From the NCBI RefSeq assembly GCF_006345805.1, contig NC_043012.1, forward strand, positions 30,938,001 through 31,002,000: a stretch of 64,000 bases of DNA, written 5' to 3'. The translations under genes and the position numbers were made by a program. This stretch comes from Octopus sinensis. Lineage: Eukaryota. Below are positions 51,621 to 64,000 of this stretch, piece by piece. The notes below the pieces were generated by a model. The model ran no database searches and was not told the origin of the DNA. It saw only the letters and a list, made by a program, of their open reading frames with translations. Each line of letters begins with the position of its first letter. Within the stretch, counting starts at the first letter, position 1.

Positions 51621-51902
51621 CTTTCAAGTATAAGAACCTGATCACTGATCTGCATTCACCTGCCTCCATTATAACACCTTAGTCCACTTCAGCAGCTGAA
51701 AAAAGACAAACGAATATTAGTGGAAAGCTGCATTTTACAATGTGACATGTAGAAACATGTATAATTATACCTGTACAAGTTCCGTTTCCTCCAATAACCG
51801 GAAGTGGGTCAGGAGAAATCTTTAATGAACACCCCCATGTATACACACACACACATATATAAATGTATGTATGTATGTATGTATGTATATATATATATAT
51901 AT

Positions 51903-52234
51903 TCTTTATTTGTTTCAGTTATTTGAATGCGGCCATGCTGGAGCACCGTCTTTAGTCGAGCAAATTAACCCCACGACTTATTCTTTGTAAGCCTAGTACT
52001 TATTCTATAGGTCTCTTTTGCCGAACAGCATATTTACGAGGACGTAAACACACCAACATCGATTGTCAAGCGATGGTGGGAGGGGACAAACTCAGACGGA
52101 CTTGTTTCAGTTTCCGTCTACCAAATCCATCCACAAGGGTTTGGTCGGCACGAGGCTATAGTAGAAAACACCTGACCAAAGTGCCATGCAGTGGGACTGA
52201 ACCCGGAACCATGTGGTTGGTAAGCAAGCTACTC

Positions 52235-52236
<2 letters not shown>
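51903..52236 (-). mobile_element. SINE family A
   Basis: Matches 131-545 in reverse, with an internal deletion. Confidence 0.8.
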
Positions 52237-52275
<39 letters not shown>

Positions 52276-52367
52276 TTCAGCAAAATTTAGATTCAGATAA
52301 ATAGTTACTTAAGTCAAAGGCACCAGAATTTGGTATGGTATTATCCATATAAATCAAATGGGGTGAT

Positions 52368-52527
52368 TATAATCAAAATAAGCAACAAGGATATCCAAAG
52401 GTAGTGTAGTACAATCGTTTCATGCTACTTCATTTTATTAAACACTTACAGTGTTTAATAAAATGAAGTAGCATGAAGCGATTGTACTACACTACCTTAG
52501 ATATCCTTGTTGCTTATTTTGATTATA
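52368..52527. repeat. Near-perfect 160-bp hairpin (~79-bp arms, 3-nt loop)
   Basis: ...CATTTTATTAAACACT-TAC-AGTGTTTAATAAAATG...; only about two differences between the arms. Confidence 0.92.
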
Positions 52528-52563
52528 TATACACACACACAACACACACACACACACACACAT

Positions 52564-52598
<35 letters not shown>

Positions 52599-52609
52599 AT
52601 ATATATTAC

Positions 52610-52647
<38 letters not shown>

Positions 52648-52780
52648 ATACATATATATGGATGTATGTATATATATATGTGTGTGTGTGTGCATGTAAA
52701 CATAAAGCCAAACCAAATAGTGATATTTTGAAAACATTTAACTACGTGCGTTTCAGATTTACGCAATATTTTATAGGAAA

Positions 52781-54058
52781 CTAGCATTAAAGACCCGTCG
52801 TTGCCGGGTCATAGTGCTAGTGCATGTATATATGTGTATATATATGTGTACATATTACATGTACATCTATATATATACATCTACACATAATATACAAAAT
52901 ACAAAGTTATATCTTGATATCGCTAGTGATAACAATACTCAAAATATATAACAGACTGGAATTGTTAGCCCGTCTCTTGTAATTTCGATCAATTGTATCT
53001 TGTCCTCCCTCTTGTATAGAAGTGTGGCTACAATCCGACGGCTGCAGCGACATTCATTTTTGGACTTTCTTCTATCGAAGACATTTTAACAAAAATACTT
53101 TCGTGTAAACGGTGAAAATATTGTCAATTTCCCCAAACAGGGACACAATTCAATTTTTAAACAATAACCAAAGCTCCTTCTCCCAAAGGAGGAGGGTTAC
53201 GGTTTACAATTATTTAACAAATGCAACACAACAACGCTTCCCTTACGAGGAACCAACAAACGTGATAACAATAGTTAAACAGAAATAATAATAACAACAA
53301 ACCTTACGGTAAACCAAAAATCCGTAATCTGTTGAAGCTATAGGCCTTTATGGATCAAAAATAAACTAACAGCGGTACTCAGTAGAATGCTTAATGCTAG
53401 CTAATTAGCAAATAATCTAATGTAAAAGCCGTGCACACCTCCATCTGGACTATTCCATTTCTGCACTTAAATTTTGTTTTTTATTTATTCCCATTCATGT
53501 GAAACCACTGATTCAAGTTCAAGTCATTGATACAATTTTATACCAATTGCTATATTTTTACTTTTGTTATGTTACGATAATATTATACTTTAGTTTGATT
53601 TTAATTACTACTTACTACATATAATTCAATTGTTATTATTATTTTTATTGTTAAAGTGAAAGTATCTGACATAAAATAGAGAAATGTTTTGTTTCACTTT
53701 TAACACGTAATACTGAAATAGTGGAGAAGATATGATATTGCTATGAGCTCGTTCTAGGCAAGAAGTTGAACATTTTTTCCCCCATGAAACTACATGGACC
53801 CTAAGTAAGGCATGTGTAAAATTTGAATGAAATTGGTTGTGTAGTTCTCAAGTTTTAAGTAATCGTAGTGGAGAAGATATGATATTGCTGTGGGCTCGCC
53901 CTAGGCAAAAAGTAAAAATAAATCTTTTGCCGATGACACTCCCCGGACCCTAAGTAAGGCATATGTAAAATTTGAATGAAATTGGTTGTGTAGTTCTCAA
54001 GTTTTAGGGAAACACACAGACAGGCAGACACACATTCTCAGTTTTATATATATAAAGA
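52781..54058 (-). mobile_element. Non-autonomous Helitron, 1278 bp
   Basis: On the minus strand it starts A|TCTTTATATATATAAAA and ends GACCCG-GCAACGA-CGGGTC-TTTAATG-CTAG|T (5' TC, 3' hairpin plus CTAG, A/T target, no TSD); ~140-bp internal tandem duplication at 53721 and 53868. Confidence 0.85.
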
Positions 54059-54326
54059 TGTATGTATTACATAAACGTTCCTAACTTAAAGCATTTCAAA
54101 CATGGAACGTTTACGTAATGGTTGTATTTCCTACAAAATATTGCGTAAACCTGAAACGCTCGTATCAAACGATTTCCATAAAACCGCTTCATTATTGCAG
54201 CTAATACGACTCGCTACTAATACAAACCAACCGATCTTGACTCCACTTAAGCGGATACTCCAGCGACGCTTTGACTCGAGTCGAAATTTCTGGTACCGTG
54301 CACAGCTTCTTAGAGTAACACGAAAT

Positions 54327-54354
<28 letters not shown>

Positions 54355-54361
<7 letters not shown>

Positions 54362-55364
54362 AATAAAATAGAACATATGCATATATATAAACATACATGT
54401 ACGTACCTACCTCTACATGTACATATACACGCATATATGTGTACAGGACACCAAAAAGACGTCGAACACATAGAGAGACGAAACACATAGACACAAACCA
54501 AGGAACAAGACAAGCAAAAAAAAAAAAAAAAAAAAAAAAAAGAGAGAGATACAGGACAATAAGCACAACGAAAAAACCCCTTCTTCAGTCGCTAAGATTT
54601 GACGTATACTTCGAAGAAAAATTCCTTCCCGCGAAAAGCAAATCAATTAAAATTCTGAGATCTTTTCGCAGAGGGGTAAAAAAAAGCAAGACGGTAACGA
54701 CAGTACAAACATATAAACAGTAAAAAATATATATATAAACAGTTGAAAAATAAATATATAACAGTGAGAGACAGGACAAGGAGAACAAGATAAGAAGGGC
54801 TGTTAACGCCAGACGAAAAAAGTATTGCAAACGCTGGATTATCGTGGACGACGAGAGAGAGCAAATGTAGTCGACCAGTAGCCTTACAAGGCGGGCGAGA
54901 AAAGACAGGATAGCAGTTACGACGGAAGTATCGTCGCAGATGGACGACGGGAATGGGGAGGAGGAGCAGGAGGAAGAGAGAGAAGAAGGGGAATGGTGCG
55001 AGGAGACCATGAAGAATGGTGAAAGGGAGAGAGAGAATGAAGAATGAGAGAGAGGGGAAGAGACAAGTTAAGTGAGGGAAAAAAAGACGAAAAAGGGAAT
55101 GGGAGAGAAAGAAAGAAAGAAAGATGCAGAGTCGCGTGAGAGTTAATATCAAGGCTAACTTGATAAACAGAACAATCTTACTTAATAGGGTGCGTGCGTT
55201 TAGTCGTATAATATGTTAATAAAATAGAACATATGCATATATATAAACATATATGTACGTACCTACCTCTACATGTACATATACACGCATATATGTGTAC
55301 AGGACACCAAAAAGACGTCGAACACATAGAGAGACGAAACACATAGACACAAACCAAGGAACAA
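54355..55364. repeat. 856-bp unit with 154-bp direct terminal repeats, in (TA)n; Penelope pseudo-LTR-like
   Basis: 54355-54508 and 55211-55364 are near-identical; no TG...CA termini; TA arrays on both sides. The family assignment is inference. Confidence 0.6.
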
Positions 55365-55377
55365 TATATATATATAT

Positions 55378-55422
<45 letters not shown>

Positions 55423-55813
55423 ATGTGCTCTGTTCCTGAGTGGGTCTGCAGACAACTCTTCCATGGATCCTATCAGCAGCATCCATCATTACACTTTTTG
55501 GCTGGTTTCCTAAGCCTGATCGACTGCGACTTTGGATATTATCCTATCCTCTCGTTCTCTCGTCGTTCGTCTTCTGCCGGTTGGCTCCGACTGAAGAATC
55601 CGTCTTGCGATGCTTTACGCTGTTGTTCTTACTAAATATCTGAAGTACCAGAGCAGTGAGCTTCCAATACGGAGACGTAGCGGCTGGACGTGGAGAGATT
55701 CACTGGCAAGTAACATTTCTTCGGAGGGATTCCAGTCTGGTTACTCGTATTCACAATCTTACTCTTTCAGTCGTTACCAAGCATTCACACGCTCGCACGC
55801 ACACACACAAACA

Positions 55814-55908
<95 letters not shown>

Positions 55909-56363
55909 ACACACACACACACACTCACATACAGATAGATAGATAACAGGATGAATAGATAGATGGATAGATAGATAGATAGATAGATGGATAGATAGAT
56001 AAATATGTTTCTTTATTAGCCACACAGGGCTGCACACAGACAGGACAAATTACAAGGTAGAGCTTTTCTTTTGGGGATAAAAAAGGGGGTTTGGTTTTCG
56101 ATCAAAAGTGATCGTAAAAGGAAAGAAAGAGGAGAGCCAAAAAAAAAGGGGGGGGGGAGATGAAAAATTAAAGGAAAAGGAAAAAATCGATCAATAGGGA
56201 TCGTTATCACAGAAATGTCAATATAAAGTGTAAAAGGGAGGACAGGTGAGGTTTACCCGTGGAGAGAAAAGCCTACGGAAAAGACCACGGTAACCTCGGT
56301 CAATGAAGTCACATGTTATATTTTTTTTACAAATAAGCAACTCTCTGTATTAATTTTTACGGT

Positions 56364-58763
56364 TCATAGGATCATAGTCAAGGTGGCTTCGTCATTCATA
56401 CGTGCCATCCTTGCTACATTCACCCATCTTTTTTTTAAACATTTACAAGACAAAACTTGCCTCTCTACTCTCACTTTCTTCTTCAAGTGATACTTGAAGA
56501 AGTTGACGAAAGATTGACCAGAGAGGAAAGTGTTTGTCTCTAGTCCTTTCAGGCACGTCCACCAGATACATTCTTTCGCCATAGCCACAAGTATGATAAA
56601 AATAGCTCTTTCTTCCCGTTTGAAGGAAGGAGGCGTGACGATATTAACGATAGATTCGGCTGATAAATCGACACGTCCCACACGTGACAACAGTCGTTCG
56701 ACATAAGCCCACAGGTCGGAGATTGTTGGACACTGCACGACTGCGTGCAGAACGGTTTCGTCGCTCTGCCCATATCTCGGGCAGGTCGGCCCCGTGTTTC
56801 TCGAGCCATGCCTATAGAGCTTATCCCGAACGGGTAGCGAGTTAGGAATTTCTCATCGACGCCCAGGTTTGCCCCGAGTGTCGTCGGACCTCCCCTCCAC
56901 TAGTCCTCTATAGAACGCTTTAGTCGTTTGTAAGTTGCACAAGTTTGATCCCGGACGGCAGAGCTGCTGTAGAGCTTGGCGACACTCTCAGTGTGAATCG
57001 CCCAGTTTCGGTCTCTTCTTGATCCACGTTTGCAGTTCGGTCAGTGAGACGAGCTGCGGGAAGGCGCGCCTCACAAACGGCGCCCACACCTGGTCACCGT
57101 CATCGATGAAGTTCCAGACATGTCGCAGTCTCAGCGCATGCCTGCGCATCATCAACCACGACATGCCCAGTCCTCCATTTAACGGATGTTGACAGCAAAT
57201 GGACCGCCTCACCATCGGAACGCTACCCTTCCACAGAAAGCGGAAGAGTATGCGTTCCAGTTTGGTGATAGTAGCATCGGTACAAGGCACAACGGTCAGG
57301 CGGTAATCGATGACGGATGCGATGTACGCGTTCGCCAACTCCGCCCAACCTTTTAAAGACAGCTTTCTCTCGGCTCATGTTTGGCTGAGAGCGACCACTC
57401 TACTCGTGATCTTATCCATTTGGAGGTCCGGACTGAACCAGACCCCGAGCAATTTAACCGGTCCGTCCGTCCAGCGTCCCACTACTGAGCCGCAGTCGGA
57501 CCACATGGGCTTGCTCCTCCAGGTGCCGAGTAGCAAACCCACTGACTTTTCCGGGTTAATCTTCGCTCCCGTCACCGTTTCGTATTTTCTTAGCGTCTCG
57601 CCTATCATCTGGATGTGTTTGTCGCTCGACACAATGACGGTGACATCGTCCGCATATGCCGACACGCTCGTCCCGCAACCCAGTTTCCGTGGGATGCCCC
57701 TCAGTGTCACCAGCTTCCGCAGTAGCGGCTCGAGAGTCAATACATACAGAAGCGCCGACAGGGGACATCCCTGACGGACCGAACGCGTGATGTCAAACGG
57801 TTTCGACAGGTGACCGTTCACCCGAATTACCGATCGGATGCCGCTATACAAGGCAGCGATCCAACCGCGGAAGACGGGACCGAATCCAGCCGTCTTGAGG
57901 ACGGCCGCCAAGTACCAATGGTCGACCTTATCGAAAGCTTTAGACTGATCCAAATTGATCAGCGCCCCACCCATGTCAGGATCCTTAACTACCCTGTCCA
58001 CAATGTAGCGCATCAGATGGAGGTTGTCATGTATGGTTCTGCCCGGCACGGCGCATGTTTGCGCCCTGTCGACCAGTTTACCAATGACAAGCGCCAACCT
58101 CTCGGCTATTACTTTGGCTAAAATTTTCAAATCTGCGTTGAGGAGAGTGATGGGCCTGAAATTATCTATAAAATTCCCCTTGTTTGAGTCTTTCTTCAGC
58201 AACGTCACTGCACCTCGGCTCACGAGACTGATGCCAAGAGATCGCCAAACAAGTCTGGCATTTGACAATACAGCTCGTAGGGTAGACCATCCAATCCAGG
58301 CGACTTATCCCTCTCGCAGCCCGCCATCGCATCCCGCAAGTCGGCGGCTGTGATGGGAGTTTCACAACACTCCGCTTCCCCTGCCGAGAGCCGCGGCAGG
58401 TCGGTCAGGTAGGCACTGAAGTCCATCCCGCGTTCCGACCCACCACTCGCACCAAACAGTCGAGCAAAGTGCTGTTGAAAGGCCTCACACATCCTTTCGG
58501 GTTCGAGGAAACTGCATCCCTGTACCCGGGCCTCTCGCACAGCTTCGATTCCTTCGTTCCTTAAGGCACGCATTTTAGCTCTGACGACGCAACCTTAGTG
58601 TTTGACGTTGAGGTGTTGGTCGAGAGCCATCCCGCGGCTTGCTGGGTCTGGTTTCACTGATAGCTACTATATCCACGTTCAGTGACTTGATGTCGTTTAG
58701 AAGGTAACCTTGCTTCCAAGCCGACGCCAAGCCACGCACATTCACACAACCTAATTTAAGCAT
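56364..58763 (-). pseudogene. Tx1-like ORF2 (APE N-terminus, RT, C-terminal zinc finger), frameshifted, with most of the APE domain deleted
   Basis: MLKLGCVNVRGL...DIVAISET (APE start); KSPGLDGLPYE; FRPITLLNADLKILAK; LDQSKAFDKVDH; RQGCPLS; YADDVTV; CPRYGQSDETVLHAVVQCP. Confidence 0.9.
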
Positions 58764-58822
58764 AATTGATGTTTAAGAAATTTGTGTTTCACACACTACA
58801 TTGAAAGAGACAAGAGGGAAGG

Positions 58823-59801
58823 TCACTTACTCATTTCGAAAGTTTGAGTTTTTTCTTCTTCTTTTGAAATGTCTTTGAGGAGATGTTTGTAAAGTTTTTC
58901 TGACAAGTACTTTTGAAACCCCCCGACCGCATTTGGAAATATGGTTTTCAGTGTGTGGTGCTGTGTTTGTGTTATGTGTACAATTCTAATGTGTGTCGCT
59001 GGCGTAGTGCGTGGATGATTATTTACTTTAAAGTCATCTCCACAGATGTTTGTGTTGGATGCAATGTATTCCATTAGTTTTTTATTGTCCGTGTCTATTG
59101 CTGTTAGATGTGTGTGTGGTTTTGCGGGGTCGTCTATATATTTTTTTTGTTTTCATGATGTTTCTTGCACATTTTTCTACGTCTGTTTTTGTTATTTGTT
59201 CATTTTTTTTGGTTTTTCCTAATAATTCTATATAGAATTGTTCGTTTTTCTACTTCTTCTCTAATATGTTGTGGTGTGTGTAGAATTAAATTTTGCCCTG
59301 AAGTTGTGAAGAGTGATCTTGTCTCCACCAACTCTTCATTTGTGAACTGTATAATTTCCCTTTTTTGACGCAGGGTGTCAGCGAAATTCACAGTTCTCTT
59401 CTGGCAGTTGTTGTCGTTGTGTGTTTTTGTTGTTGTTGTATCAGAATTATTGTTGGTTGTTGTAGTGTTTGTAGCTTTTTCAGGGACTGTTACTTTTGTC
59501 ATGTTAATATTATCTTCACCATTAATAGGTGAGATAATCAAATCTTGCGAAACATCATGGTCATATATATTTACTTCATTTTGTTGTTGTTATTCTTGTT
59601 GTTGTTGTTGTTAACGGTTGTTGTATCAGTGTTAGTTCTATCAGATGTGGTAGTTTTGGTGTTGGTGTTGTTGGTGGTGGTGTTGATTTCAGTTTTATCA
59701 TTCTTTGTAGCAGCGTCTTTATTGACTGTCTTTTCCAAAGCAGGAAAATCCTCCTTAGAAAAAATCGCAGAATACTGTTCTACAATAAAATTTCTCGACA
59801 C
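58823..59801 (-). pseudogene. Putative ORF1 of the Tx1-like element (T/N-rich, frameshifted)
   Basis: Three consecutive co-oriented ORF pieces ending ~60 bp before the ORF2 ATG and lying inside the TSD; no recognisable domain. Confidence 0.55.
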
Positions 59802-60208
59802 ATTTTATCGAGGAAAAAATAAGAATCAGTTGATGAAAATGTCCCTAGGGGCGAATTCTACATTAAAAAAACACCCAAACGAAAGTTGGGCGTTTGAAAA
59901 GTTGAAAACTCCGAAAATGTGAAATGTAAACAAGTGGATGCAACAGAGAGAGAGAGAACAGCGTCTGTGCGTTTTGAGGAACGCTTCGGCGACATTATGT
60001 AAAAGTAAGCTATGGAAGCAAAATTTTTTATATCTAATCAAGGCTGAAATTGCCCCTAGGGGCAAAATCCCCTCCGGAAAACACACCCAGACGAAAGCTG
60101 GGTGTCTTACACACTCCGTGCGCGAAAATTGAAACGAAACTTTTTTAAAAACACAATACAAAAGGCGATCGACTTACGAGCCGATCCAACAATGAACGCT
60201 ATCGATCG

Positions 60209-60214
60209 AGATAA

Positions 60215-60301
<87 letters not shown>

Positions 60302-60302
60302 T

Positions 60303-60347
<45 letters not shown>

Positions 60348-60368
60348 CAGATAGATAGATAGATAGAT

Positions 60369-60409
<41 letters not shown>

Positions 60410-60410
60410 C

Positions 60411-60466
<56 letters not shown>

Positions 60467-60523
60467 GGATGGATGGATGGATGGATGGATAGATCGATAG
60501 ATAGATAAATAGATAGATGGATG

Positions 60524-60574
<51 letters not shown>

Positions 60575-60610
60575 TGATGGATGGATGGATGGATGAATAG
60601 ATAGATAGAG
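60209..60610. repeat. (GATA)n/(GATG)n array, ~400 bp
   Basis: Read directly. Confidence 0.95.
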
Positions 60611-60612
60611 AA

Positions 60613-60671
<59 letters not shown>

Positions 60672-61114
60672 CATATGCACACAAGTACATTTTAGATTTT
60701 TCAAGCTGCGATGACCATGGTTAAGATGATGCTGATGATGGAGGTGGTGGTCGTGGTGGGGAAGAAGAGAAGAGGATTTTTTAAGCCATTATTTACATAT
60801 GGATTTAATGGTCACGTTGTTCAATTTACCCTCATACACACTCACCCGCTCACCCACTCACCCAGCCACACATCAACATTTTTTTATGTGTGAGTCTATT
60901 TTGCTTTGTGGACATGGAAATCAAGCAGCGAATTACATCTTATTTTCTCTCACCACGTTTTATATGTGTTTGTGTGTCTGTGTGTCTGTGTATGTATGCA
61001 TGTATATGTATTATATGTGTGCATATATGATGCATATATATACATGTATATGTGTATAGATGTATATATGTAGGTATACAAATATATACATGAATCTCTG
61101 TGTGTGTATGTATG

Positions 61115-61191
<77 letters not shown>

Positions 61192-61555
61192 ATGTATATA
61201 TGTATGTATGTATGTATGTATATATACATACGTGTACATCACCCCACCACCACCCACCCGGCCCCACATCACTCATTTCCAAACTCTTCAGCAGAGTATT
61301 AACATCTCTCTTATATTTACACTTTTACAATGTAAACACAATCCTCCCCGACTGCACACTCACTGTGCTCCCTTTTTTCAACTGCCCCCTATTCTAAATA
61401 TACCCTCCCCCTACAAACCATCACACATTTTGCAGGGGTTACTGCAGTTTGATATGCCACTTTTAAGGGTTTTACTTTAATTTTTACGACCTTTACGTGT
61501 CAGCAGCCCCTTCTTAGTTACAACACCCGCGTGTGTGCGTACGTCTGATGTATGC

Positions 61556-61598
<43 letters not shown>

Positions 61599-61884
61599 CG
61601 ATGGTTTGTGTGTTTGCGCGAGTGTATGTGTGTGTGTGTATTCACGTTAGCGTGTCTGTTTCTGTTTATGCATATATGCGTATATGTGACTGATTGTGTC
61701 AGTGTCTGTGTATACATGTGTGTCTGTGTTTGTGTTTTTGTGTATGCCAATGTGTGTAGTTCTGTGGTTTCTGACTAGCCGTATGTATGTATGTGCGTAG
61801 GGGTGTATGTGCATGGATGAGTATGTGTGCATGTGTTTGTATATGCATACGTATGTGTATATATGCGATCAAGTATCTCCTCTA

Positions 61885-61938
<54 letters not shown>

Positions 61939-62084
61939 CGCTTGCCAAAGTTATGTCTTTTATCCCGCGCCACCCCTCTTTGCTGCCCACCTTTTTACCA
62001 AGATACCCGCTTATTTTCCATATCGGCAGAACCACTGATTCTTTTCATAAATGTGGGCCACACTTAAACACACACACACACACG

Positions 62085-62128
<44 letters not shown>

Positions 62129-62559
62129 TACACACTATTCACCGACCTCCTCCAGATACTAAATGCATTAGAAATAGCAGCCAACCTTCTAGGGAATCAC
62201 CAGGTCCTGAAGAATTAATAATAAAAAAGGACGTTAGATTTGGACACAGTAGCTTCCGATTCACAATAAGACCGGATGGTCATGCCAGGAATGCTTTTGA
62301 GATGAAGTGAAACGGCATTGAAGTGAATCAGATACACACCTGCATATATGCACACTTCCGGGCAGACTCTCAGGTATTTGTGTATGGTTGTATACGACAT
62401 GTACTCACAAAACTCATCTTCTAAAGTGAGTGTTACCTTTCGGTAGACACCCTCGGAACACGTGGAACAGTGTCCAAAATAAGGACGAAGGCCTATCAGG
62501 ACATGGTTCCCACATGTTTACTCTTTGACTGCAAAACGTCGACGCTTTACCAAATTCAT

Positions 62560-62850
62560 GCCGTCGCAACTTCTGGTGGATAAGTCATGTAATTCGCCTG
62601 CCAGAGCACCGGAACCATTATATAGCGAGCTCCAAGACAAACGCTCCCGAGGATGCCAGAAAGAAAAAAGCGCTTGAAAATCAGTTTAAAAGCTTCTCTA
62701 AAGGCCTCCAGCATCAGCCATGTCACATGGGAGCAGACGGTGGCAAGTGGTGGTCAGCTGTCCGAAATGGCTTGCAGACCTACGAAACCAACAGGATTGT
62801 TGGAGTTGAGCAACATAGGATGGCCAGGAAAACAGCACTGGTTACTACCC
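62560..62850 (+). mobile_element. RTE/BovB-like LINE C-terminal fragment, decayed
   Basis: WISHVIRLPEHR...KASLKASSISHVTWEQ...WWSAVRNGLQTYETNR resembles the WAGHV.RM...KASLK...WE...WR..V..G tail of RTE. Confidence 0.7.
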
Positions 62851-63855
62851 CCACTTATATAAAACACACAAACACATGGCGGGTTCCCACACAGTTTATC
62901 CACAAGATATTAGTCCGCCCGGGGCAACAAGAGCAGACAGTTGCCCAAGGTATCTCGTTGTGGAGTTGAATCCCAAACTACGTAATCGCAAGGAGAGCAT
63001 CAACGCTTTCGCCTATATAGAATGGAAGTAAAACTAAGAAGTTGTGACGTGCATGCCTTTCCCAAATATAAGGTAATTTGGAGTGGTGGGTGAACCTGAT
63101 TCATCACCTTGTTTGTAATGAACTGTAATATCTTTCATTCCCGAATCGAAACCGCTATGGTGTAATGCCTGGTTGGTAGGGTCCATTGATCTTTGAAATA
63201 AAGGACAAATAGGAATTTTTAGGGTTCAAATTTTTTGTAAGGATAACTCCAATATATACATTGTTGATTGATTTAAACCGGGAATCGTAACTTTATCACC
63301 ATTGCACTGTAGCTTTCATGTGGATAATGATAATAATGTTAATCACAGCTTTCAAGTAATACTGCAAGCATTCGGTGCTCTACCAATTCTGTCAATCCAC
63401 TGGCCTCACAACAATAACAGCAACAACAATTATTGTTTCAGATTTAAGAACGAGATTAGTAACTTTTAGAGAAAAGGTGTTATTCAATAACATCGGCCAC
63501 AGTATTTGCCGGGTACTTCACATTATTTACCCCCGAGAAAATAAAAAGCAGAGTTAACTTTGGCGAGATACGAACTTGGAACATAAAAGTCCGGAACAAA
63601 TTCTACAAAATGGTTTTTCTGACGCCAACAATTCTGCCAGTTCCCCGCTTTTGGTTTGTGATTTAGACTCAAAGCAAGAAGTTTTGAGGGGGAGGGTGTT
63701 AGCGGTACCAATGACCTCAGTACTTGACTGGCACTTGATTTTATCGAGTTTGGGGCAAGAAAAGCATAATTGTGAGATTTGAACTCAGAAACGCTAAAGG
63801 CCAGAAGAAATACCACATTTTACGGTAATCTGACTATTGAACCAATAAGAATAAT

Positions 63856-64000
63856 TACTCTAGGCACAAGGCCTTGAAAATTTTGGGAGAAGTGGTAAGT
63901 CGATTGCATCGACCCCAATGCGTAACTGGTACTTATTTCATCGATCCCGAAAGGATGAAAAGCAAAGTCGACCTCGGCGGGATTTGAACTCAGAACCTAG
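63856..64000 (-). mobile_element. SINE family B (tail and one core unit; runs off the window edge)
   Basis: Same core and tail as 43527-43700. Confidence 0.8.

Larger units (their letters stand above)
56006..60208 (-). mobile_element. Tx1/L1-clade LINE, end-to-end but internally deleted, 4203 bp, in a (GATA)n array
   Basis: 5' UTR, ORF1, spacer, ORF2 and a 3' UTR ending AATAAAGAAACA; AGATAAATA at 55997-56005 and 60209-60217 (9-bp TSD); GATA arrays on both sides. Confidence 0.88.

Overview
This is AT-rich, microsatellite-saturated eukaryotic DNA. It is inferred to be octopus or another coleoid cephalopod, from the SINE families and repeat landscape; the species cannot be determined. I can support one host gene: an intronless neurogenin (ngn) on the minus strand. 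The ORF track splits it into three pieces (34066-33368, 33591-31768, 31874-31227). Removing two single extra bases, each inside a triplet repeat (~33514 and ~31777), joins them into one 945-codon, low-complexity-expanded ORF. The rest is transposon-derived: tRNA-type SINEs, RTE, CR1-like, R4/Dong-like and Tx1/L1-like LINE remnants, mariner fragments, MITEs, a non-autonomous Helitron and Penelope-like pieces. The most striking pattern is that different LINE families occupy different microsatellites. Five R4/Dong-like copies sit in (TAA)n. A 4.2-kb two-ORF Tx1-like element with a 9-bp target-site duplication (TSD) and a second truncated copy both sit in (TATC)n. One further restriction-like-endonuclease (RLE) fragment is associated with (CATA)n. 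Also present are several long near-perfect foldback hairpins, an inverted pair of tetrameric SINEs, degenerate hammerhead-ribozyme motifs, and a 100-N assembly gap at 21764-21863. Most ORFs in the supplied track are microsatellite artefacts.
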